Source of the DNA: Octopus sinensis
Taxonomy: Eukaryota
NCBI RefSeq assembly: GCF_006345805.1
Contig: NC_043007.1
Coordinates: forward strand, 43,710,001 to 43,774,000
DNA: 64,000 nt
Direction of reading: 5' to 3'
Part shown: one piece after another, positions 23,040 through 35,820 of the stretch
How positions within the stretch are numbered: position 1 is the stretch's first letter
Layout: every line of letters begins with the position of its first letter
Program-made: the position numbers and the translations under genes
Notes under the pieces: generated by a model
Databases searched by the model: none
What the model was told of the DNA's origin: nothing
The model's input: only the letters and a program-made list of their open reading frames with translations

Positions 23040-26000
23040 GTTACTAGGGGTCGCTCAGGACTAAGTACTTATTGCTAATCTACGAATGTTGTGATTGTGT
23101 ATGTAGGGTCCCAGTGCATTGCTTTGCCCTTAGGGTCTATAATGCTCGGAAGACGGTCCTGGTAAAAGCTGAGTGTGACCCCCAGATAGACAAACTTGTT
23201 TACTACTTTCTGTACAGGGTTTCGCACATGTGTTTCCTGGCACGTTCTGGAACATTACGACAGCCTTGTTCAGGCTAATACTGAATCCAAACACCTTGCA
23301 AGATGCATAAATATGATCCATGGGAATTTGAATATCTTCAACAGTACGAGCAGCTAAGTCGGCATCATCGGTATAAAGGAGGTCACGAATAACAGACTGA
23401 AACATTTTCGAATTGGCAGTAAATCAACGCAAGCTGAAGAGACGACCAGAAGTTCAGCACCTTACATATATCACAGAAAAGCAGTGGACAGCAAAACATG
23501 AGTGGGAGTAGCAGCCAAATACAAAGAATTGTGAGTTGGAGGTAAGGATGTAACCTTGCTTGGCACCATTCTCTACAGGGATAGGTCCCGTCATGCCACC
23601 GCTGACATTGATTCATACTTCCATTCCATCATGAAACGATGTAATTATCGATACAAAGTGACTCGGACAATCAAGTTTGCCGAGCATTTTCCATAGGGCT
23701 GTCCTATTCACAGAATCGTAGACTTTGGTTAAATTAATGAAAACCTGAACAAGATCCAAATTCTGCTCATTGCACTTCTCTATCTGTCGTCTTGTGATGA
23801 TCATGTCCCAGTTCCTCTATCAGAACAGACGCCACACTGAGATTTAGATAGAACGTCATTTATTCAGGCAGGTGAAGATACTTGCCAGAACCTTGTCAGC
23901 AGCTTACAGTAGTGCAATACCTCCACGAGGTATCGCTCTACTGTATTGTTCTATTAGTATTGTTGCCACACTTTATTCTGACTCACTTTTATTTACAGAA
24001 AGGAAGGATAATTGTATTCTTCCAGTCTAGGGGACAGCATCATCTTTCCAGACTACACTAATAAACTCATAAAACTTCCGTGTGATATGACCACCATCAA
24101 AGCACAATACTTAAACGAACATCCACTCTTTACCAGTGCTTTATCGAGATTCAACTTATTGTCTATTGAGATTGCAGAGTCCAAGGATCTCATAACATGT
24201 TTTCTTTGAATAGTATCAACTACATCATCTACAACTGACTCACAATTTAGAAATTCGAAAAAATATTCAATCCAGCGATTTGTGATTTCTGTTGATTTAG
24301 TAAGTTGGGTGGAACCCTCCTTGGAAAGCAAACGAATCGATGCAGAACTCTTTGGCCCATAAACGTGTTTCATAAAATGTCATTTGCATCAGCGGTGTCT
24401 TGGACTATCACAAGGAAGACCTTCCTACTAGGTATTCTGCATCCTCCTGAGTGATCATTGCAGTAGAAAATTTGCATTCTTATAATGGGTGTTTGATTCT
24501 GCTGCATACCTGATAGCCTTCTGTGTAGTAATACACTGTGGGCATAGCGCTTCGCAAACAGAAGTCTCTGAACCTCAGAATTATTTTCAATAAACCATTT
24601 CTTATGATTGGCTGTAGCATATCCCAGTGTTTCAGTAGCACATTGAAAGACCTGGTCTCGAAACTCCTCCCAAGTTGTAACATCTTCGATGCTGATTAAG
24701 GAATTCTAAATTTCTTTCTTACGGACATTCAGGCGCCGAGGAATCCCAGCTGGCTCTCTTCTCTCCTTCGTTCTGAATAACATCCGGAACTTTTCTCACT
24801 CCAAGCAATAATATGTTTAACACTCTAATCCATGAACGAACTTGCCGATAATAACATAATCCAACAAGTGTCAAACCTTAGACCTCCGTTGCGTCCATGA
24901 CGTTGTGGGATAACCTTTGTGCAAAGATGAGATCATTGCTATTCATCTTCCCGACTCCAAAACACCACAAGGTGTTCTGAGGTTGCCATTGTGTTCCAAA
25001 CCCGCCACTGAAATCCCCCAGTAGTGCTTGCCTTGGGGACTTTCTTGAATAAAGCCCTCAGCTGTACATTTTTACATTTTACGCTCATCAGAACTAGTCA
25101 GAGAAGGAACATAGGCATATCAGAGTAGCAAATCACCTATGTCTCAAGTGCAGACGTAGATCCATCAAATGATCATTTGTGGCGAAAGGAAACTTCCCTA
25201 TCTATTTGAGGATTTCAGATCAAACTGCAAAACGGACATCAGAGTCCCCGATCTCCTTATTCAGTTTATTCTTTCCAGAATAATGTGTAACCATCTCCAG
25301 TCCTCTAATGCTGGCCATCACCCTCCAAAAGAGTCTCTGAAGGAGCATCTATATCTATGTTATATCTGTTTAGTCCGCAAGAAACAAGTGCAGTACGTCT
25401 TTCAGGTCTACATTCACTCTTCTTATCTGGTAGAGTATGCACATTCCAACCTGAAATATCCATATGTCATCTAGATTTTATAAATATTTTCTTTGTCTTC
25501 CGATCACAAGGTAGACATCTGCCAGTCTCATTAAACTGACTAGATATGGAAAGACAAGCAATGTTATGGACGATAAGAGGACAACTTTATATCTAAAATG
25601 GGCCTCCTACGTGTGGATCACTGACCAGATGTTTCCAGCCCGTCAGGTGTGCATGATTCGCCACTTTCCCATCGCTGCAGATTTTCGAATAAAAAAGAAA
25701 TGATATAAAGTAACAAAGCATAAAGTTAAAAACTGTAAAGTTACGAATGTAAAGATGAAATTAAGCAGAAACGCCAATGCAAAATAGTCAGCAATGTTTG
25801 TGCGAAATTTTAGGTCCAATAAGACTTGCACGACACCGCATAGATCCTCTCCACCATAATTGATATGATACAGAAACAGACCGAGACAAAATGTCCGATA
25901 CCAATATGGATCACAGGCTTAGGAATGTGAGAGAACCACGATCTGAAAAACAAGCGAAAGATCCCAAAAATGTTCAATGCCATTCCCAGCATATCCAGTT

Positions 26001-26230
26001 TTATATCAGAGTGACCTCCTTGGGACATGACCTCCTTGGGACATGCGAAAGCAGAGAGTTCATCCGTCTCTTTAACAGGTCTTGTTTTTAGTTCTGTTTG
26101 GTTTCTAGCAACCTTCTTCACCAGGTTAGGCAGGTGGGACTGCCGGTTTAGTCGCTAACGACCCGACTATGCATCCGGTTGTACTGGGGTCCATGTTACC
26201 GGTAGCACTCATGAGGGATCTCACAAGTTA
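23040..26230 (-). mobile_element. Near full-length degraded RTE LINE (APE plus RT)
   Basis: EN start GWNVHTLPDKKSECRPERRTAL (~25460). RT VFINLTKVYDSVNRTALWKML, NGAKQG, DLLYTDDADL. Many stops and frameshifts. Assignment of 25700-26230 as 5' UTR is inferred. Confidence 0.85.
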
Positions 26231-26245
26231 TCTGACATACATACA

Positions 26246-26279
<34 letters not shown>

Positions 26280-26830
26280 CATACATACATATTTACATTA
26301 ATACATACAAATATACACACGTGCACACATATCTTCCACAAGATTTTGCACAGCTTTCAGATTCCTTCCTGAGTTTTTAATCGGCCCAAATTATGGTAGA
26401 AGTAAATAAGCATGCCTAAAATACCACAGAATGAAAGTTGAACTTGGAGCAAAAGGGTTGCGAATCGATTCGAAACGAGTTTTCTTAATGCCAACAAAAC
26501 TATTTTCGGATGCTGAAACAACAATTAATGAAGAATCGTTTAGAATTGATGTCGCTTTTGTTGAAACTTTCTTCATCAACTAAACAAATAAAACTATTTC
26601 CAAGCACGAATAGAAAACGCTTTCATACAGGAAGTTACCCCCTACCTCTACCTATTCCACTTCGAACAACTTTTGATAAATTGGTTCTAGAATTACTCAA
26701 TGAATGTTGGGTTACTGCATTTAGCTTTCTATTTACTCAAACTCTTTATAATGCAGACCCACGTCGCCTGAAATTAGAATACGTAGTTAGAGTCCGATAG
26801 AAATAAGTATTCATATAAATGCACATATAT

Positions 26831-26864
<34 letters not shown>

Positions 26865-26960
26865 GTGTGTGTGTGTAGGTGGGTGCGTGGGTGGGAGTGT
26901 GTGTGTATCATATTATATATATATAAATTAGCATCACATAAATGAAGACTAATATATATA

Positions 26961-26991
<31 letters not shown>

Positions 26992-27092
26992 ATATATTAT
27001 ATATATATATATATATATACATACATACATACATATATGTATATATATATATATGTGTGTGTGTGTGGTGTGTGTGTGTGTGTGTGCACTGG

Positions 27093-27155
27093 CACACAGA
27101 AATTTGTTTTCGCATTATATATAATATAATAAATGCGAAAACAAATTTCTGTGTG
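27093..27155. repeat. Perfect 24-bp inverted repeat around a 15-bp AT spacer
   Basis: cacacagaaatttgttttcgcatt / aatgcgaaaacaaatttctgtgtg. Confidence 0.95.
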
Positions 27156-27736
27156 TCAATGTGTCACACTTAGACCCCCCTCTTTCACTATTGAATGACT
27201 CTCCTACTATTCCTCATGAGAGTAATAGCATGTACAGAGACGGTGAAGACGGTGGTAAAGAGAGAGAGAAAGAGGGAAAGAGAGAGAGAAAGAAATAGAG
27301 AGGGAGAGAAAGAAAGACAAAGAAATTTAGGGAGAGTTGATGATGTTTTATTAAAAGTAGTAGTGTTGATAGCGGCAGTGGGAGTAATAATAAAATGAGA
27401 GAAAGGTGGGTATGTGAGAGAAAGAGGGAAATGATGCACAACTTTGACAGAGATTCCTGTCACCGACATACTGAACACTATTTTGTTTTAATTGTTGGTT
27501 TCTTTAATGCTTACATACATCATATATATATATATATATATACGTACATGTTGTGTCTGTCGCAATATTTATAAACATGATTCTCATCTCTATAACAGCG
27601 GGCTTTATTTTTCTTATTTTGCTAATATTGTATTGATGTCGTTCATGCAGAAACATAAAATTAAAAGAAACCTGACTTTATTTTTCACTGCAAAACATCG
27701 AAATTGTATTTCCAGACAAATGAACTCACACGCACA

Positions 27737-27822
<86 letters not shown>

Positions 27823-28109
27823 CCACACACACACACAATCTTCCTTCTTGGCACCTTAAGAAAAAAATGTTTTTAGTGATGACCGCACCCCATCTTTTTC
27901 TCATTTTTTTCCACATCCTAAAAGAGGTCACCATCCTTGAATTTGTCTTATGCCAGTAGCTATACATTGGTAAAATACTAAATAAATAAATAAATGGTAA
28001 AAACATTCCAAATTGAAAAGAAATCTCTCCCACTCATTCTCTCTACCTACCTATCTCTCTGTTTATCTGTCTGTCTGTCAGTCTATGTATGTATGTATGT
28101 ATCTACCTA

Positions 28110-28245
<136 letters not shown>

Positions 28246-28299
28246 CATTGTCCTGGAACTTCAGCGAAAGAAAAAAAAACCAATGTTCTCCTCTTCTAA

Positions 28300-28670
28300 A
28301 CAAAACAAAAAACACTATTCTTCCAAATTTCCAAATCTAATTCACTATCTAAATTAGTTAAAATACGGTCCAAGATATATTTGCTAATAATGCTTATTTC
28401 AGTTTTAGCCGGATTGATCAATCTACATTTAGGGTTTCTATTAAAATTGGCTTTATGGTATTTTAGGGTAATAAAAGCGGGTCGTGGGGAAAGATATTCT
28501 ATCCTATCGCTAATCTTAAGATTGTTAGCTATTCTACTTACTTCTAAAATCACCTCTTTGCATATATTTGTGTTATCTTTTTTGTATGTATCTGTGATGC
28601 TATTCGAAATTAGACGCTTCTAAACGTCCTTATCAAGTGCGTAAAAGTTTCTTGTCTTATCAGAATTAAC
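28300..28670 (-). mobile_element. PLE RT N-terminal fragment (Naiad-like type)
   Basis: SDKTRNFYALDKD...SITDTYKK...AFITLKYHKANFNRNPKCRLINPAKTEISIISKYILDRI. Confidence 0.8.
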
Positions 28671-29104
28671 GAAGATCTTATTCTAGTTGTTAATTTTCTT
28701 AATTTTTTCTTATGTTTATACTTATGCACATACATACATGAGTGTATATGTATGCATGTATTCACTTGAATTTGTGTGGATATGTATTTATGTACTTATC
28801 TCTATATGTTTATATATGTGTTCTTATATGTGTTTTTACTGCTAATATACACTTTATATACACATGTATACGTAATTTTATTTTGTGTACGTTCGTTACA
28901 CATATACAGACTTCTTTCTTTTTCCCTTTCTCTCGTTACGGAAAAGTATTTTTCTCCCCCTATTCGTTACTTGTATAGAGTCCTGTAACTTTACGCCCCC
29001 CCTTCTCTTACTCACTTCTTTAGCTATCTGTTGCTTATAAGATTGTCACCTTTTCTTTTTCTTTTCCTTCCCCCTCTCTGCGTTTTACTTCTAGTCTATA
29101 TGTA

Positions 29105-29975
29105 CACCAACCTACACCCCAAGAGGATTACCGCCCACCCCACATCACTATCTGCGGTACCGAACTGAAATCAACTCAGCAGTTTACATACCTGGGTTGC
29201 ATCATCTCATTCGATGCAAGGATCGACAAAGAAATTGAAAATAGACTCTCTAAGGCAAATAGGTCCTTTGGCAGATTGTACAAACGTGTTTGGCACAATA
29301 ATAACCTGAAGAACAAAACAAACATCAGTGTCTACAGGGCCGTGGTTCTCACCACTCTTCTCTACGGCTCAGAGACCTGGATCACTTACCACAGTCACAT
29401 CCGTCTCCTCGAGCGCTTCCACCAGCGATGTCTCCGCACCATCCTCAACATACATGGGTGTGACTTCGTCACAAACATTGGAGTCTTGGAGTAGGCCGAG
29501 ATTCCCAGCATTGAAGCCATGCTACTGAAGTCCCACCTCCGATTGGCAGGGCATGTCACCAGAATGGAGAACCATCGCCTTCCTAAGATTGCCCTGTTTG
29601 GCGAACTCTCCACCGGCCACCGTGTGAGAGGAGCTCCGAGGAAGCGCTACAAAGACTGCCTCAAGAAGTCTCTAACGGCATGTCATATTAACCACCAATG
29701 CTGGTCAAACCTGGCTGCGGACCGTGATGTCTGACGCCACACGCTCTTCAACGCAGTCAGCAAGTTTGAGGAACAAAGAAGAGACGCGCTTAAAGGCAAG
29801 AGGCGTAGGAGGAGGGCGAGAGCCGCCTCTGACACCACACCGGATGTTACATTCGTCTGTGGACACTGCTCACGGATCTGCCTTTCCCATATTGGACTTG
29901 TCAGTCATGAGCGTGCATGCACACAACGTGGACGGCCTCCCTGATCTTCGTTGGCGAAGCCGAGCCATGATGACC
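29105..29975 (+). mobile_element. RTE LINE, 5'-truncated, well preserved 3' end
   Basis: FTYLGCIISFDARIDKEIENRLSKANRSFGRLYKRVW, TLLYGSETW, LRLAGHVTRM, C-terminal CGHCSRICLSHIGLVSH. Ends in atgatga. Confidence 0.95.
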
Positions 29976-30420
29976 GAGTGATTTTTGCATTCGGGCAAGA
30001 TTGCGTATACGTGTGTATATGTGTATTTGTGTGTATATTTACGTCTTGAATATATATGTCTGCATATGTATGTGGTCTGTGTATATCCATCTGTGTATTT
30101 TGATATATATATGTACTGATGGTTTAGTATGCGTATATAATGTTGTGAAATATTTTAATTTTAATGTATTAATTGTATTAATCGAATGATATTTCATATA
30201 TAATTAATGACTATATGTATTTTGAATCCGCTCTTCGATTTAAGGTTTTTCCTCGATTTTATAATTTATAATTTATATTGAATTCATTTATTTTCTTTAT
30301 TTTGTTTATCGTATACTTAAGGCCGTTATTTCAAAGGACCAATGAAACAAATCCATTTTTAAAGGTGTATCCCTGAACTAGTTTTGATCATATTGTTATT
30401 TCCGTTCTATTTTAACAAAA

Positions 30421-30458
30421 CTGTCCAACGAACGGGAACGGGAAACTCTGAGTAACAG
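30421..30458 (+). ncRNA. Degenerate minimal hammerhead motif
   Basis: CUGU-CCAACGA-ACGGGAACGG-GAAA-CUCUGAG-UA/ACAG. Stems I and III intact, core mutated from CUGACGA. Confidence 0.4.
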
Positions 30459-30491
30459 CTTTTGTTATATTTCTGCTGCTTTTAAATAAAG

Positions 30492-30519
<28 letters not shown>

Positions 30520-30529
<10 letters not shown>

Positions 30530-31582
30530 TAAAATAAAACATATGCATATATATAAACATATATGTACGTACTCTACATGTACATATACACGCATATATG
30601 AGTACAGGACACCAAAAGGACGTCGAACACAATGAGAAACGAAAACATAGATACAAACCAAAGGAACTGGACATTTTTTAAACAACAACAAAAATAGAGT
30701 ACAGGACAATTAACACAAAGAAAAAAAACCTTCTTCAGTCGCTATGGTTTCATCTACTCTACGTTTCGAAGGATAAAAGCGAGACGTATCTTCGACAAGA
30801 AACTTTCCCTCCTGCAAAAAGCAAATCAATTAAAATTCTGAGATCTTTTCGCAGAGGGCTAAAAAATGGTAACAAAAACAGAACAGTAACGACAGTACAA
30901 ATTATAAACAGTAAAAGACAGGACAAGGAAAAACAAGATAAGAAGGGCTGTTAACGCCGAACGAAAAAAAAGTATTGCAAACGCGGGTTTTTTTATGAAC
31001 GACGAGCGGAGCAAAAAGAATTGTTGTCCATACCTTGAGAGGGTCAGGCCAGAAAGACAGCAGCGGAAGTCTCGTCGCGGGTCAACGACGGGAGTGGGGA
31101 GGAGGAGAAAGAGAAAGGGAGAGAAGAAGGGGAATGGCTGCAAGGAAACCATGAAGAATTGAGAGGGGGGAGAGAGAGAGTGAAGAATGAGAGAGAGGAA
31201 GAGACAAGTAGAGGAACAGGAAATCAAAGAATGAAGGCTGAGAAAGGGATGGGACAGAAAGGTTAAGAGTGCGCATCAAAGTTAATATCAAGAACAAAAC
31301 TTGATATAAAGAACAATCTTACTTAAAAGGGATGCGTGCGTTTCGTCATATAATATATTAATAAATAAAATAAAACATATGCATATATATAAACATATAT
31401 GTACGTACCTACTTCTACATGTACATATGAGAAACGAAAACATAGATACAAACCAAAGGAACTGGACATTTTTTTAAACAACAAAAAAATAGAGTACAGG
31501 ACAATTAACACAAAGAAAAAAACCCTTCTTCAGTCGCTATGGTTTCATCTACTCTACGTTTCGAAGGATAAAAGCGAGACGT
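30520..31582 (-). mobile_element. Non-coding element with ~220-260 bp direct repeats, between (TA)n arrays (PLE-derived or retrozyme-like)
   Basis: About 30525-30788 is repeated at about 31360-31582 (second copy has a ~40-bp deletion). Purine-rich interior, no credible ORF. Confidence 0.6.
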
Positions 31583-31632
31583 ATATATATACATATATAC
31601 GTACATATATATACATATATATACATATATAT

Positions 31633-31664
<32 letters not shown>

Positions 31665-31667
31665 AAC

Positions 31668-31726
<59 letters not shown>

Positions 31727-31887
31727 ATATACATATATATATATGCATACATATATATATATATACATATATATATATTCATATATATATACATATATAT
31801 ACACACACACATATATATATATACATACATACATACATATATATATATATACATACACACACTCACGCACACACACACACATATATA

Positions 31888-31919
<32 letters not shown>

Positions 31920-32282
31920 GCGCTCACCATTCCTTTCGTGTTCTACTTTGTTATAATCCGAAATGACTCTGACGAAAGTAGCGTTAATCATTTTAGGTCG
32001 TTCAATTTTTCTTAACTGATCAATAAACTAATGAAGTAATCCATTCAATCTAGCTCCTGTGGAGGGCTCTTCACTTGGCCTTGGTCCCAACAATGACACT
32101 TTAGGCATTGAGTACGTACTAAATCTTATTAAACATGACCAATATTTTTCAAGCAATGAACAACTTTCATCAAAACAATGATATAATTTGTCGACATGGA
32201 ACTTAGTGCAAAGCTACATGATAAACATCATATTTTGTCTTGCCATTCGAGGGTCAGTACAATTTTCTTCTGCTTAACCTTT

Positions 32283-32369
<87 letters not shown>

Positions 32370-32713
32370 TGTTTCCAACCATCACCAGCACAACCACCAT
32401 CGCCACCACAACTGCCATACACATACCATTCGGACTTCCGACGTCACCACCATCGTTATATTTGAGTTTGCAGCCTTCCCCTCCATCACCATCACTACTA
32501 TCTTTCACCTCGTCTACTATCACCATTGTCCCTGACTGCTCCAGCTATCACCACGACAATCGTCGCCTCCGCCTCTATCACAACTACAGCCCATTCTATT
32601 ACTATCACCTCGCTACCATCACAACCATCAATCTACTACCTTCTCTATGCCTGCTATTACTTTCACCCCAACAGTGAGGGAGTCGAAGTGTGACACACTG
32701 ACACACACACACA

Positions 32714-32751
<38 letters not shown>

Positions 32752-33544
32752 CGTATCCAAACAAACATGAATAACCTTGTAGGATTGGAAAAAAACTGAG
32801 AAAATACTTTCTGTCACGAATCATGTATACTTGAGATAATATGCAGTGTCATTTCTAATACGAATGAAATTCGAAACTAATTGTCAAGGAATGCGAAAGC
32901 TGTCGAAGACATCAAAATGTTGTATGTAGATATCACCCGCCACTTTTGCATTACTCAATTCCATATTTTGTCACAAACTTCCTTATTCTATACTTGTCGA
33001 TATAGTTAATCAAAGAACCTAATATACAGAGGAGGCTCATCTTCATAAGTACATTTGAAACCTCATCGCTTGCTTCATTACACACTGTAGAGAAGATTAG
33101 TATCTGTTCTTAATATCCCGCTTGATAACGAGATTATTCACGCAGTCTACTAAACTAATGATAAGTTCTCCAGTTCAAAAGAAGATATTTTTCTTATCAT
33201 CATTTCCGTTCTTTCTTTCTAATACAGCTTGCTCAGAGAATTAAGATTCTATTTAAAGTAATAACTAATTTGTTCTTTCTTCTAGCAATCTAATCTGATG
33301 CAGGCATGTTGATATATCAACGGATTCAATATTCCCCAATAGCGTTATTACCATAAATATTACGATACTCTGATAAATTTTATCAGCTGTAAAGATATTA
33401 CCTTATCTTAGATATTGAGAATATTGTTACGAGTTATTAGCAATCTTTCATCAACTTTAATCTTTTCCCCATAAATACGATTGCCAAATTTTATACAATT
33501 TTATAAATAAAATAGATTTCGTTTGAAATATTGTTTTCATATTT

Positions 33545-33619
33545 TGGCACAAGGCCAGCAACTTTGAGCGTAGATGTAAGTCGATTTGATCGTTTCCAGT
33601 GCTCAACTGGTACTTATTT
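33545..33619 (-). mobile_element. SINE family A, 3' part (split by CR1 insertion)
   Basis: Continues seamlessly into 35108-35215 (ctggtacttattt|tatctaccccg). Confidence 0.8.
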
Positions 33620-35107
33620 AGTTAGTTAGTTAGTTAATTTGGCTCAAAAGCAAATAGCAAGGCCATGTAGGGGGACATGGAGTTAAGTACAGGGTGGTGT
33701 TCATGTAAAGAGTTCAGGCCACTTGAGGTCCAGGGAGGCTTTGAACAAAGCGGTCGTCGGCATCTTCACCATCTCGTCTGGCAGCTTGTTCCACGGATCC
33801 GCAACCCGGACGGAGAAAGCTCCTCTCCTTCGATTGAGATGAAATCGTCGCAGGTAGAGCTTTTCGGAATGACCCCGCAGCCGACGCTCCGGAGCAGGAG
33901 TGAAGAACAGCTCTTTCGAGAGGTTACACTTCCCGCTTATGATGTTGTGGGCGAGAATGAGATCACCACGGCGGCGGCGTTTTTCAAGAGAATAAAGGTC
34001 GAGCGTCCTCAGCCTTTCTTCGTAGGACAAATTTTTGAGACCATGAACCAGGCGGGTAGCCAGCCTCTGGACTCTTTCGAGGTGCTGTATGTCTTTGAGG
34101 AGATAAGGAGAAGAGGCTTGAATCCCATACTCCAATATGGGTCTCACCAGCGTGACATAGAGTGGCAGGAATATGGCTGCTGTGAGCATTCCGAATGACC
34201 GTCGAATCAAAAACAGAATTCCGCGCGCTTTGTTGGCAGCATGGACGCACTGGGCCGAAGGCGAAAAGGAGGAATCCACCAAGATACCCAGGTCCTTTAC
34301 CTGATCGGTCCTCTCCAGCAGCAGACGACCCGGCTCGAAATCAAGTTGAGTTGCAGGAGTAGAGCCGACAGGCAGATGACAGCACTTTGACACGTTCAGA
34401 TACAGGTCCCAATCGTTAGACCACTTCCAAATTTGGTGGAGGCATCGACGAAGATCCTCTATACTACCGTGAGGAGCGACCAGTTTGATATCGTCGGCAA
34501 ATAGAAGGGTGTGTTGCGTGAGGTCGTCGGGCAAGTCATTTATGAAGACTAAGAACAACAAGGGCCCAAGCACTGAACCTTGAGGCACGCCACTGCTCGC
34601 ACTGGAGACGTCGGACCGCGAACCATTAACTTGAACTTGGAAGGAGCGATCTGAGAGGAAGGCACCAACCCATCGTACAATATCCGGATGGAAACTATAT
34701 GCTTGAAGCTTGACAAGTAGTAGGCGGTGGTTTACCGAGTCAAAAGCTTTGGCAAAGTCCAATAAAACGATGTCAACAGCATCACTATCATCGAGGATGC
34801 GCGTCACCAATTCTTCCATTACTAGTAAGTTGGTCAAGCATGATCTCTTCGGCACGAAGCCGTGTTGGGAATCAGTGATCGAGGCTGTGCTTAGGAGGTG
34901 GAGCATCAAACTTTTCTTAAGGATGGTTTCGAACATCTTGCTGATTATTGATGTAAGGGAAACCGGTCGGTAGTTAAGCGGGTCTTCGCGGCTCCCTTTC
35001 TTGAAAATTGGGCAGATTATCGCTGTTCTCCAGTCTGCAGGTATAACACCCGTCGCCAATGACATATTGAATAGTCGTGTTAAGGGCTCGCAGATGACCG
35101 GAGCCAT
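33620..35107 (-). mobile_element. CR1-group LINE, 5'-truncated, young
   Basis: Intact RT ORF, short 3' UTR and (AACT)n tail. Confidence 0.95.
33701..35107 (-). CDS. LINE ORF2 reverse transcriptase domain and C-terminus (468 aa, partial)
   Basis: NYRPVSLTS, QHGF, LDFAKAFDSV, GVPQGSVLGPLLF, LFADDIKL, RGHSEKL, FSVRVADPWNKLP. Confidence 0.95.
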   Translation of the reverse strand: MAPVICEPLTRLFNMSLATGVIPADWRTAIICPIFKKGSREDPLNYRPVSLTSIISKMFETILKKSLMLHLLSTASITDSQHGFVPKRSCLTNLLVMEELVTRILDDSDAVDIVLLDFAKAFDSVNHRLLLVKLQAYSFHPDIVRWVGAFLSDRSFQVQVNGSRSDVSSASSGVPQGSVLGPLLFLVFINDLPDDLTQHTLLFADDIKLVAPHGSIEDLRRCLHQIWKWSNDWDLYLNVSKCCHLPVGSTPATQLDFEPGRLLLERTDQVKDLGILVDSSFSPSAQCVHAANKARGILFLIRRSFGMLTAAIFLPLYVTLVRPILEYGIQASSPYLLKDIQHLERVQRLATRLVHGLKNLSYEERLRTLDLYSLEKRRRRGDLILAHNIISGKCNLSKELFFTPAPERRLRGHSEKLYLRRFHLNRRRGAFSVRVADPWNKLPDEMVKMPTTALFKASLDLKWPELFT

Positions 35108-35215
35108 TTTATCTACCCCGAAACATAAAAGTCAAAGTCGACCTCGGGGGAAGTTGAACTCAGAACATAAAGACAGACGAAATACCACTAAGCATTTTCC
35201 CGAACGTGCTAACTA
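35108..35215 (-). mobile_element. SINE family A, 5' part (split by CR1 insertion)
   Basis: aaagtcgacctcgggggaagttgaactcagaacataaagacagacgaaatacc. Confidence 0.8.
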
Positions 35216-35221
35216 TTCTGA

Positions 35222-35598
35222 TCCCGAACCGCTAAGTTACGGGGACAAAAACACATCAACACGGGTTGTCAAGCGGTGGTACTGGACAAACAAGGCGGCT
35301 AGCTGGCAGAAGCGTTAGCACGTCGGGCAAAATGCATAGCCTTATTTCATCTGCCGTAACGTTCTGAGTTCAAATTCCGCCGAGGTCGACTTTGCCTTTC
35401 ACTCTTTCGGGGTCGATAAATTAAGTACCAGTTACGCACTGGGGTCGATATAATCGACTTAATCCGTTTGTCTGTCCTTGTTTGTCCTCTGTGTGTTTAG
35501 CCCCTTGTGGGCAGTAAAGAACTAGGTACTGGTCAAACACACACACACACAGACACACACACACTCACAGACACACACACACACACATACACACACAG

Positions 35599-35694
<96 letters not shown>

Positions 35695-35820
35695 GGTTTC
35701 TTTCAGTTTCCGTCTAACAAATCCACTCACAAGGCTTTGGTCGTCCAGAAGCTATAGTAAAAGTCACTTGTCCAAGGTGTCATGCAATGGGATTGAAGCC
35801 GGAACCATGTGGATGGGAAG
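35222..35820 (-). mobile_element. SINE family B, interrupted by a family A SINE
   Basis: 3' half at 35222-35292, internal (CA)/(TA) tract, head at 35690-35820. Confidence 0.75.
35293..35524 (+). mobile_element. SINE family A, young copy with 15-bp TSD
   Basis: tRNA-like head, gttcaaattcc B-box, gtcgactttgcctttcactctttcggggtcgataaa domain. TSD ggtactggacaaaca / ggtactggtcaaaca. Confidence 0.9.

Noticed and set aside
26510-26800. 96-aa non-repetitive ORF
   Set aside because: No recognisable domain, splice context or codon signal.
33677-34973. Plus-strand ORFs of 173 and 87 aa
   Set aside because: Antisense shadows of the intact CR1 RT ORF.
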